Assembly (NCBI GenBank): GCA_016190305.1
Contig: JACPQU010000036.1
Location: 1-34,925, forward strand
Direction of reading: 5' to 3'
Origin: Bacillota bacterium
GTDB taxonomy: Bacteria > Bacillota > JACPQU01
Length of the DNA stretch: 34,925 nucleotides
The position numbers and the translations under genes were made by a program. The notes beneath the pieces are model-generated. The model was given only the letters and a program-made list of their open reading frames with translations, did no database searches and was not told where the DNA came from. This document shows, in pieces, positions 1 to 7,495 of this stretch; the stretch's first letter is position 1, and each line of letters starts with the position of its first letter.

Positions 1-141
1 ATCGATCCCGGGCCGGTCGACGGGATCTATGGCCCCAAGACCGCCAACGGCGTCCGCGCCTACCAGCAGCGGGAGGGCCTCCCGGTGGACGGGATCTTCA
101 AGCTGGGCATGTACCCGATGCTGAATATCGTGTGCCCGTAG
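1..141 (+). CDS. 3' end of a gene for a peptidoglycan-binding (PG_binding_1-like) domain protein; the 5' part lies outside the window
   Basis: Frame 1 is open from base 1 to TAG at 139-141. It reads IDPGPVDGIYGPKTANGVRAYQQREGLPVDGIFKLG, the typical DG-x-(F/Y)G-x-x-T-x-x-AV-x-x-(F/Y)Q-x-x-x-GL-x-x-DG peptidoglycan-binding repeat. Confidence 0.6.
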   Translation: MDPGPVDGIYGPKTANGVRAYQQREGLPVDGIFKLGMYPMLNIVCP

Positions 142-188
142 AGGGCGGCAGGCCGAGAAGTAGGCCGTAAAACATGGAAATGATCTAG

Positions 189-197
189 TGCTATAAT
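189..197 (+). promoter_or_regulatory. Extended -10 promoter element (TGcTATAAT) upstream of the DUF2442 gene
   Basis: TG at 189-190, one spacer base, perfect TATAAT at 192-197. It lies 35 nt upstream of the GTG start at 232. No good -35 was seen, which extended -10 promoters tolerate. Confidence 0.4.
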
Positions 198-231
198 GGC
201 TTCAAGTAAGTGTCGTTGAGGAGGTGTAATT

Positions 232-444
232 GTGAAAAGGATCGTGGATGCCGGAGCCCGGGGTGGCTATAGGGTCTGGTTGAAATATAATGACGGAACC
301 GAAGGCGAGGTTAACCTTAGTGACCTTGCCGGACGAGGTGTTTTTAAAGTATGGGAGGACCGGCGTGTCTTCGAGACCGTACGTGTGACAGAGGGCGGAG
401 CTCTCATGTGGGAAGGCGGACTGGATTTATGCCCTGACGCGTGA
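232..444 (+). CDS. DUF2442-family small protein, possibly C-terminally truncated by an in-frame TGA
   Basis: GAGGAGG at 218-224, 7-nt spacer, GTG at 232. The product matches the DUF2442 pattern as I recall it (YRVWLKYNDGTEGEVNLSDL..GVFKVWED..VFETVRV.EGGALMWEGGLDLCPDA). The same frame stays open after the TGA at 442-444 as YLRLTGKQPEEIF... to TGA at 514-516, overlapping the next ATG. Confidence 0.7.
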   Translation: MKRIVDAGARGGYRVWLKYNDGTEGEVNLSDLAGRGVFKVWEDRRVFETVRVTEGGALMWEGGLDLCPDA

Positions 445-508
445 TACCTGCGGCTTACCGGCAAGCAGCCAGAAGAGATTTTCCCACCACTAAGACCTGC
501 GACAACCG

Positions 509-769
509 ATGCCTGAAATTAGCCGTTTTTATGGTATCGTCATCAGAATGTTCTTTGCCGATCATAACCCATCCCATTTCCACGCGGAGTATGGAGGACA
601 CGAAGCTCTGATCAGCATTGAGACCCTGGCGCTGATTTCCGGGAAGCTCCCGCCCGGGCTATGGGTCTTGTAGCGGAATGGGCTGTTCTTCACCAAAACC
701 GAACTCCGACAAGCCTGGGACCGGGCGACACAGCTTGAGTTGCCGGGTAAGATTGATCCTCTTCCATAG
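509..769 (+). pseudogene. DUF4160-family gene disrupted by two compensating frameshifts; the intact reading frame stops at 671-673 (54 aa)
   Basis: ATG at 509 gives MPEISRFYGIVIRMFFADHNPSHFHAEYGGHEALISIETLALISGKLPP, then stops at TAG 671. The family continuation RAMGLVAEWAVLHQN is readable only in the +2 frame (655-699). The C-terminus ELRQAWDRATQLELPGKIDPLP* is back in the original frame (701-769). Confidence 0.65.
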
Positions 770-833
770 CTGAGAGCGAGAGTAAATCGCTATTTCCAAA
801 ACGCCACCCAGGGCCGGTAACGGGGAGAAGCGA

Positions 834-1475
834 CTAGGAAATAAGGCTCGACAGGACGAGGGCGCTGCCCGGCGCCAGTGGAGCAAGGCGCGCAAATTCG
901 GATGACGGGCGGCCCTCGATGATCAGCCTGAGCGCGGCGAGAGAACCGCTGTGGGCGACAACGCAAATCGTTCCGCCGCTCGGATGTTCCTTTCGGATGA
1001 TCTCCCAGCCCAGACCCACCCTGTCCACCAGGGCCGCCAAGCTCTCCCCCTCAGGGGGGCTCACGGATAGGGGATCATTGACCCATTTGCCAGCCAACTC
1101 CGGCCACCCCGCCTCAATCTCGGCGAAGGTCATCCCCTCCCAGCTCCCGAAGTCCATCTCCCCCAGTTCGGGCAGGACGCGAAGGGGACAGCGCGCGGCT
1201 TCGGTGATGGAACGCGCGGTTTCCAGCGCCCGCCTGAGATCGCTGCAATAAACCGTTTCCAGCCCTTTCCCTGCCAATTGGGCCGCCAGCTCTCGAGCCT
1301 GTCCGCGGCCGATCTCCCCGAGAGGCTCGTCGGTGCGGCCCTGGAAGCGCCGGCTCTCGTTGAACTCCGTGGCCCCATGGCGGACCGCCCAAATGCTCAA
1401 CTCGTTGCGGCCGCCGTTTTCAACAGCCCGGACGGGATTCACCCCCGGAAGCTTTCGAGAAGTGCCTGCAACCAC
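834..1475 (-). CDS. cobC: Alpha-ribazole phosphatase (histidine phosphatase family)
   Basis: RHG catalytic motif (WAVRHGATEFNESRRFQGRTDEPL), SDLRRALETA and VVAHSG motifs of the phosphoglycerate-mutase-like family. It is the last gene of the cob array. The start is uncertain: GTG 1475 has a poor RBS, and TTG at 1400 would give the canonical MSIWAVRHG N-terminus. Confidence 0.8.
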   Translation of the reverse strand: MVAGTSRKLPGVNPVRAVENGGRNELSIWAVRHGATEFNESRRFQGRTDEPLGEIGRGQARELAAQLAGKGLETVYCSDLRRALETARSITEAARCPLRVLPELGEMDFGSWEGMTFAEIEAGWPELAGKWVNDPLSVSPPEGESLAALVDRVGLGWEIIRKEHPSGGTICVVAHSGSLAALRLIIEGRPSSEFARLAPLAPGSALVLSSLIS

Positions 1476-1561
1476 ATTCCAAATTGAGCTCGGATTCTCC
1501 GATCACCAAACCATGCTCCAGTCCTGCTCCAATCACGCCTCCCCCGGCCTGTTCACATTGG

Positions 1562-2710
1562 TCATACCTTTGCTCCCAGGGCCGCCTCCAGGGCCCTCAG
1601 CAGGCGGGCATTCTCTTCCCGGCCCTGGATCGAAACCCGGAAGTAGGCAGGTGTCAGGTTACGGAAATTGGCGCAATCCCGGATCAGGATCTTTTCCCGG
1701 AACAGGCGTGAGGAAAGGTCGGCCGCGCTGATGCCGGTCCCGCTCCCATCCACCAGCAGGAAGTTGACCTCCGAAGGCAGGGGTTGCAGGCCGCCCAGGA
1801 GGGAAAGCCCACGCGACAGTTCAGGCCTCCTGCGGGCGACGAAACGCCTCGTCCGCGTGACAAATTCCGGCCGGGCCAAGGCGGCCCTCCCGGCCTCGAC
1901 GGCGAGGACGTTCACCGACCAGGGATCTCTCGCCAGCTCAAGGGTACCCAAGAGGCCCGGATCCCCCACGGCGAAACCGATCCTCAAACCGGGAAGGGCG
2001 AAGATCTTGGTGAGCGAGCCCACAACGACCGTCCTTCGCAGCCCGGCTGCAATAATTTCAGGAGCAAGCGAGTCCCTCGCAAAGTCGATAAAGCTCTCGT
2101 CCAGCACCAGCCAGAAACCGATCCGCTCGGCCTCCCCGGCCAGGAAGAGGAGGTCTTCCCGGGCGATTCCGATGCCGGTCGGATTGTTCGGGTCGGCCAG
2201 AAAGAGGAGATCACCGGGCAGGATCGAGGCAGCCAGGGCCCGCGCGGATTCACTGTCCAGGGTGAATCCCTTGCCCGGATCCAGGGGAAAGGGTTGGAAA
2301 GAGAGGCCCGCAGCTCCCGCGGCGTCCTCATAAGAAGCGAAGGAGGGGACCGGGGCCACCACCCTGGCCGGCTTCAGGACCCGGGGCAGGAGGAAGAGGA
2401 GCTCGGCCGACCCGTTGCCTGCAATAACGTGATCGGGATCGACTCCCCGGAATGCCGCGACGGCTTCCCGGAAAGCCCTGGCGCCCGGCTCGGGGTAATA
2501 CCGGAGCCTTCGCATCGCCTCTTTGACCGCCTTCAGCACACCGGACGGCGGACCCAGGGGATTCAAGCTGGCGCTGAAATCCAGGATCTCTTCAGGGGGG
2601 CAACCCAGACGCGCAGCCGCTGCCCAAACGTTCCCGCCATGTCCGCGCACCTGTAAATCGACCCCCTTCAAGACCGGTAACCTTACGGAAACCATATACC
2701 GAATAAACAA
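1562..2710 (-). CDS. cobD: L-threonine-O-3-phosphate decarboxylase (class I/II aminotransferase fold)
   Basis: GHGGNVW...ILDFSASLNPLGPP N-terminal signature, the NPNNPTG motif and the SLTKIFALPGLRIG PLP-lysine motif. It is adjacent to the threonine kinase-like gene. The start is uncertain (TTG 2710, ATG 2695 or GTG 2650). Confidence 0.85.
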   Translation of the reverse strand: MFIRYMVSVRLPVLKGVDLQVRGHGGNVWAAAARLGCPPEEILDFSASLNPLGPPSGVLKAVKEAMRRLRYYPEPGARAFREAVAAFRGVDPDHVIAGNGSAELLFLLPRVLKPARVVAPVPSFASYEDAAGAAGLSFQPFPLDPGKGFTLDSESARALAASILPGDLLFLADPNNPTGIGIAREDLLFLAGEAERIGFWLVLDESFIDFARDSLAPEIIAAGLRRTVVVGSLTKIFALPGLRIGFAVGDPGLLGTLELARDPWSVNVLAVEAGRAALARPEFVTRTRRFVARRRPELSRGLSLLGGLQPLPSEVNFLLVDGSGTGISAADLSSRLFREKILIRDCANFRNLTPAYFRVSIQGREENARLLRALEAALGAKV

Positions 2711-2747
2711 ATGGGTAACCTTGCAACCGGCCGGTTATCTGTTCGGC

Positions 2748-3917
2748 TTATGTAACCTTGACCGGATTCCCCGGGAAAGCCCCCGGTGCGGGCGACTCCA
2801 AGGCTCTCAATCCCCCGCCGGTGAGGCGGGAAATCCCCAGGTAGGCGGCCCCCGGTCCGGAAGGCTGGATCATTCGGGGAACGAGAAAAGACTCCGCCTC
2901 CCTGGCCGATACGCGGTTCGGATCGAACAGGAGCCCCACCACCGTCCCGCTGTGGGCGACACAGATCCCCATCCCCCCGGCAGCCCGCGCGAGCTCCAGG
3001 GCCCGCTCCAGCCCGGCCTTGGGAAGGATCTCCTGGTGAACCAGGGCGCTCGTCGAAGCGGCCTCCCCGATCAGCCGGGGATCCTGCTCCCTCAGTCCGG
3101 CCCTCAGCAATTCCAGGGCATCCCGGATGGCCGGCTCCTTCCGGACGTTGAGCGGATGGAGATCGGCGCCGTTGAAAGCGATGGTATCGACCTCTCCCCC
3201 GAAGTCGAAAACAAGGATATCGATTGGGGGAGGATCCCCCAGGAGCTCAAAGCGGAGGCCCCGCCGGTGATCGAAGAGGGCGATCCCGGGTAACATCACC
3301 CCGTCACTGGGCTCCACGGCCAGGGCCCGCCTGGCCAGTTCCTCAGGGGATGGCACGCGCCCGGCCGCCAGGTTCCAGGCTCCCAGGGCGGCCGCAATGT
3401 CGGCGGTGCTGCTGGCCATGCCCTTGCCGACAGGCAACTGGCTCCAGAGGCGCACCTCGTGATCCAGGCCCGCTTTCGCTTCCGGAAGGGCAGCCAGCGC
3501 CGTCCTGACCTTGATCGTCGCCGGATGCCCGGCCGGTAGCCGTCCGGATCTCCAGGCCGCCCATCTTTCCCACACGAACGCTTCCGGAGATGGTGGAGCA
3601 TCCTCGCCTGTCATCGTCACCCAAGCCGGAGGGCTATGCTCGGGGCCGGAATAAGAGCCCAATTGTGCCCTTTGACCCTCATGTACGCCGTAAGTCCCAT
3701 AAGTCTTCGAACCTACAGGACCACCGGAGGATGGGGACGGAAGGCGAAGATGCTGCGAAAGGTCCACCACCGCCAGGGAAAAGCGGTCGATGGGGCAGGT
3801 GACCAGGAAATCGGTGCCCTCGGCGAAGCCCTGGATCAGCTCACCGCAGGTTCCGGGGACGGCGGAGGATCCTAGGCCGGTTTCCTTTTCCGGTTCGAAA
3901 TCCTTAATCACTTTCAC
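2748..3917 (-). CDS. pduX: PduX-like L-threonine kinase (GHMP kinase family) with a roughly 75-aa low-complexity insertion
   Basis: N-terminal PGTCGELIQG...LVTCPID resembles the PduX signature. GHMP motif II is present as PVGKGMASSTADIAA. It sits next to cobD. At 389 aa it exceeds the roughly 300 aa I recall for PduX because of the insert at about 3528-3755. Confidence 0.7.
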   Translation of the reverse strand: MKVIKDFEPEKETGLGSSAVPGTCGELIQGFAEGTDFLVTCPIDRFSLAVVDLSQHLRLPSPSSGGPVGSKTYGTYGVHEGQRAQLGSYSGPEHSPPAWVTMTGEDAPPSPEAFVWERWAAWRSGRLPAGHPATIKVRTALAALPEAKAGLDHEVRLWSQLPVGKGMASSTADIAAALGAWNLAAGRVPSPEELARRALAVEPSDGVMLPGIALFDHRRGLRFELLGDPPPIDILVFDFGGEVDTIAFNGADLHPLNVRKEPAIRDALELLRAGLREQDPRLIGEAASTSALVHQEILPKAGLERALELARAAGGMGICVAHSGTVVGLLFDPNRVSAREAESFLVPRMIQPSGPGAAYLGISRLTGGGLRALESPAPGAFPGNPVKVT

Positions 3918-4041
3918 AGTCGCTTAAAACCTTTCAAAGCCTAACCCTCCCATGGCCCTTGACGGCCCCGGCAGCACACTTTGGGGCCGTAACCTTGACC
4001 AAACCCGGCGCGTTAACCCGCGAAAGAGCATTAGAAACGCC

Positions 4042-4908
4042 CTACCAAGCCCCGATCATACCCGAGTGATAAAAGATCGCGGCGGCGGCCAGGAAGGCCA
4101 GTTGGGTCAGCTCGATGACGGTCCCGAGGAGATCCCCGGTCATCCCGCCGAAGCCCCGGGCCAGCCGGTGTCCGACACCGTACGCGACGATGCCGGCGGC
4201 CGCGAGAATGGCTGGCCCCGCTACCGGGACGGCCAGCCAGCTCAAGGCGAGAACGACGGCGGTGGCCCAAACCATCCGGCGGGGACTAACGGCCTTGATG
4301 AAATAGGACCCCAGCCCGCTTTCCTTCGCCGGACTATAGGATCCCGCGATCAGCACTGCGGCCCAGCGGCCGGCGCCCGCCGCCGCCGCCAGGGACCAAA
4401 ACCGGAAAGAGGACGGCAGAGATGCGAGGATCGACCAGTCCAGCCCGACCACGAAGACCAGGGCCGCGGCCCCGAGGGGGCCGATGCGGCTGTCCGACAG
4501 GATCCGCATGCGCTTCTCCCGGTCCGGGCCGGCCCCGAAGGCGTCCCAGGTATCCGCCAGACCGTCCAGGTGCAGGCCCCCTGTAATCATGAAGAGGACG
4601 AAGAGGGAGAACAGGGCAGCGGCGGCCGGGACCGGGAGCAGCAGTTCCAGAACCAGGCCCGCCACACCGGCGATCCCGCCCAGGATGAAGCCGGCGACCG
4701 GGAAATACGAAGCGGCCCTGCCGATCCCCATCCCGGAAGCGGCTCCCGCGGCCGGCAGGGGGATCACGCTCAAGAAGCGGACGGCCAGAAGCAGCGGGCC
4801 GAAGACCTTCCCGATCCAGCCTTCAGGAGGTGGTTGAAGTTGAGCTTCAGTTCTAGGTTGAGGACCTGGGTTTCGCCCAGTTGAACGGCTGCCCGCAGCC
4901 ATCACCAT
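4042..4908 (-). CDS. cobS: Adenosylcobinamide-GDP ribazoletransferase (cobalamin synthase), polytopic membrane protein
   Basis: LLLAVRFLSVIPLP, GGLHLDGLADTWDAFG and GGMTGDLLG motifs typical of CobS/CobV, with multiple hydrophobic segments. AAGGA RBS lies 5 nt before ATG 4908. Confidence 0.85.
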   Translation of the reverse strand: MVMAAGSRSTGRNPGPQPRTEAQLQPPPEGWIGKVFGPLLLAVRFLSVIPLPAAGAASGMGIGRAASYFPVAGFILGGIAGVAGLVLELLLPVPAAAALFSLFVLFMITGGLHLDGLADTWDAFGAGPDREKRMRILSDSRIGPLGAAALVFVVGLDWSILASLPSSFRFWSLAAAAGAGRWAAVLIAGSYSPAKESGLGSYFIKAVSPRRMVWATAVVLALSWLAVPVAGPAILAAAGIVAYGVGHRLARGFGGMTGDLLGTVIELTQLAFLAAAAIFYHSGMIGAW

Positions 4909-4975
4909 AGCCGTCCTTTCTTGGAAGACAAGTCTTCAGCCACGCCAAGTCTTCATCCGACCGAAACCGGGAGGA

Positions 4976-6499
4976 TCAGAAAGCGCGCCGGGCGGTGAAA
5001 GAGGCGCAGTGCTCCACGAAGCGTCGGGCGGCCGCCGGGATCCCCGCAAGATGGAGATGCAGGTAGGAAGCCACTGTTCCGAGCCGGGCGAAGCCGTCCT
5101 CCCGCTCGGTGCCCGTGGAGGGACGCCTCAGGCAGAAGGCCCGGAAGCAGTCGGGGCAGCTTTCGCCGCCCCCGCCGATCTCGCCGCCTCCAACCACAAC
5201 CAGCCTTGAATAGTGGAACAGGTGGCCCGCGATCGAATCCCCCCGCGCCGCCAGGGGATTGTCGGCCAGGGCTAAGGCCTCCACGTATCCCAGGCCCTGG
5301 AGGGTGGGGGTCATCTCGGCCCGGGCCGGGAGAACGCCCGCCATCGGGTGGCGGCGGCCCTCCCGGTCGAGGATGGAGTCGCAGAGGTACATCATCCCGC
5401 CGCACTCGGCGATCACCGGCCCCCCCGCCTCGGCGAAGGCCCGCACCTCTTCCCGCGTGCGCCCCGCCGCGGCCAGTTCAGCGGCGAAGACCTCCGGAAA
5501 CCCTCCGCCCAGGTAAAGTCCGCTCAGATCCCGCGGGAGTGGCTCGTCGGACAGGGGGCTGAAGGGGACCAGTTCCGCCCCCAGGGACTCCAGGTGTTCC
5601 AGTGCGTCTGCGTAGTAAAAGCTGAAAGCCTTGTCCCTGGCGATCCCGATCCGGACCGCGGGCCGGCCCGGGTGAGGAAGCTCCGCAGCGTCTTCGAGCG
5701 GGGTGCCTTCCTCTATGAATCCTTCCCCCACATCACGCTCCGCCGTTCTTGCCCCGGCGGCGTCAGCCAGTTGCAGGAGGCGCTCCAGGTCGATGGACTC
5801 CCGGATTTTTCCGGCCAGAGCCGAAAGGGTCCGCCGGAGTCCTTCCTGCTCGGCGGCCGGCACCAGGCCCAGGTGCCGGTGGGGGAGAGACAGGCCGTCG
5901 TCACGGCCGAGACTTCCTATAACGGGGATCCCCGCCGCGCCCTCCACGGCCTCGGTGATCAAGGCGGCGTGGCTCGGGCCGCTGACCCGGTTGAGGACCA
6001 CCCCGATCACCTTTAGGGCCGGTTCGAAACGGGCGTAGCCCGTCACCATGGCCGCCGCGCTTCTCCCCATCCCCGAAGCGTCGACCACCAGGACGACGGG
6101 AAGCCCCAGGATCCGGGCCAGGTGGGCGGAGCTTCCCCGCTCATCCGCCGCCCCCGCCCCGTCGAAGAGTCCCATGACCCCTTCCACGACGTTCACCTTC
6201 GCCCGCTCCGCCGCGCGCCGGTACAGGTTGCGGAGGATAGGGAGCGGAAGCAGCCGGGTGTCCAGGTTCCGGGACGGGCGCCCGGTGGCCAGGGTGTGGA
6301 AGCCGGGATCGATATAATCCGGGCCGGCCTTGAACCCCTGCACCGCCAGCCCGGCGCCGGCGAAGGCCGCCATGAGCCCGGTCGCCACCGTGGTCTTGCC
6401 GCATCCGCTATGCGTTCCCGCCACCATGAACGCGGGCTGGGCCAGGGTAATCCCCCCCTTTAAATCAGTCCCGGCGTGCGGGCTGTCACGCCGTTCCAC
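4976..6499 (-). CDS. cbiA: Cobyrinate a,c-diamide synthase
   Basis: FMVAGTHSGCGKTTVATGLMAAF P-loop, AVQGFKAGPDYIDP, and a C-terminal GATase1 region (GGGFPE, PVIAECGGMMYL). The GTG start directly abuts the cbiB stop. Confidence 0.9.
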   Translation of the reverse strand: MERRDSPHAGTDLKGGITLAQPAFMVAGTHSGCGKTTVATGLMAAFAGAGLAVQGFKAGPDYIDPGFHTLATGRPSRNLDTRLLPLPILRNLYRRAAERAKVNVVEGVMGLFDGAGAADERGSSAHLARILGLPVVLVVDASGMGRSAAAMVTGYARFEPALKVIGVVLNRVSGPSHAALITEAVEGAAGIPVIGSLGRDDGLSLPHRHLGLVPAAEQEGLRRTLSALAGKIRESIDLERLLQLADAAGARTAERDVGEGFIEEGTPLEDAAELPHPGRPAVRIGIARDKAFSFYYADALEHLESLGAELVPFSPLSDEPLPRDLSGLYLGGGFPEVFAAELAAAGRTREEVRAFAEAGGPVIAECGGMMYLCDSILDREGRRHPMAGVLPARAEMTPTLQGLGYVEALALADNPLAARGDSIAGHLFHYSRLVVVGGGEIGGGGESCPDCFRAFCLRRPSTGTEREDGFARLGTVASYLHLHLAGIPAAARRFVEHCASFTARRAF

Positions 6500-7495
6500 T
6501 TACCATGTTCTCAGAATGATCCAGCCGCCGAGGGAGGCCAGCGCGGCCAGGTTCCCCGTCCACCGTTCCAAGTTTACCGCCCGCCTGATGTCCGCCGGCC
6601 CCAACCTCGGGGTTTCAGCCGGCAAGGGCCGGGCAGACGAACCATCGAGATAAGGCCTGAACTCCAGCCGTCCCCCGTAGGAGGCCTCTCCGCCGAGCCT
6701 GATCCGCAGGGCACCAGCCGCCACCGCCTCGGGGATCCCCGCGTTGGGGCTGGGGTGCTTTCGGGCGTCCCTGCGCCAGGTCCGGATCCCGCCGCGCCAA
6801 TCCAGCCCGAGCAGGGCAGCGGCCCCCGCCATCAGGACGCCCGCCAGGCGGGCGGGGACGTAACCGGTCAGATCGTCCAGCCGGGCCGCGGCCCACCCGA
6901 ACCGCAGGTAGCGTTCGTTGCGGTACCCCCACATCGAATCGAGGGTGTTCACCGCCCGGTAGGCCATCGCCAGGGGCGCCCCCCCAATGGCCGCGTAGAA
7001 AAGAGGGGCCACCACCGCGTCCACCGTGTTTTCAGCCGCCGACTCCACGGACGCCCTGGCGGCGGCCGCCTCGTCCATCCGGTCGGTGTCCCGGCCGACC
7101 AGTCCCGCCACCGCCCGCCGTCCCGCCGGGAGATCCCCAGCCTCAAGAGCCCCGGCGACCGAGAGTGACGCCTCGGCGAGGCCCCGGGAGGCGATGGTGG
7201 TGGAGATCAGCCAGATCTCCAGGGCGGCGGCGAGGAAAGGATTCACCAGGGCCGCCAGCGCCAGGAGAAATCTCACTGCCAGGAACGTGCCCGCCACGAC
7301 GCCGGCCGTCAGGACAGCTCCGGCCGGACGCCGCCAAGCGGGGGCCGAGCGAAGCAGGCTTAACCCGAAGGCTGCTTTCTCCAACCTCCCCGCCAGGGTC
7401 CCGATGACGGCCACCGGGTGCCTCAGAAAGGGAGGATCCCCCGCGAAACGGTCGACCAGATATCCCAGGGCCGCGGGAAGAAGGCTCAAGGTCAA
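6500..7495 (-). CDS. cbiB: Adenosylcobinamide-phosphate synthase, membrane protein
   Basis: LGYLVDRFAGDPPFLRHPVAVIG N-terminus, ENTVDAVVAPLFY, and DSMWGYRNERYLRFGWAAARLDD motifs of CbiB/CobD. The TTG start overlaps the cobQ stop (TTGA). Confidence 0.9.
   Translation of the reverse strand: MTLSLLPAALGYLVDRFAGDPPFLRHPVAVIGTLAGRLEKAAFGLSLLRSAPAWRRPAGAVLTAGVVAGTFLAVRFLLALAALVNPFLAAALEIWLISTTIASRGLAEASLSVAGALEAGDLPAGRRAVAGLVGRDTDRMDEAAAARASVESAAENTVDAVVAPLFYAAIGGAPLAMAYRAVNTLDSMWGYRNERYLRFGWAAARLDDLTGYVPARLAGVLMAGAAALLGLDWRGGIRTWRRDARKHPSPNAGIPEAVAAGALRIRLGGEASYGGRLEFRPYLDGSSARPLPAETPRLGPADIRRAVNLERWTGNLAALASLGGWIILRTW

Noticed and set aside
442-444. Programmed read-through or selenocysteine at the in-frame TGA of the DUF2442 gene
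   Set aside because: No SECIS-like hairpin is evident downstream, and no Cys or Sec is expected at this family position. A nonsense mutation or a natural stop is a simpler explanation.
3961-3990. Hairpin CGGCCCC-n13-GGGGCCG between cobS and the pduX-like gene as an internal terminator
   Set aside because: No U-tract follows on the minus strand, and the genes are otherwise arranged as one operon. It is probably incidental GC-rich pairing.
3952-4884. 310-aa plus-strand ORF opposite cobS
   Set aside because: It is antisense to a clear polytopic CobS. Its product is highly charged and low complexity, with no RBS.
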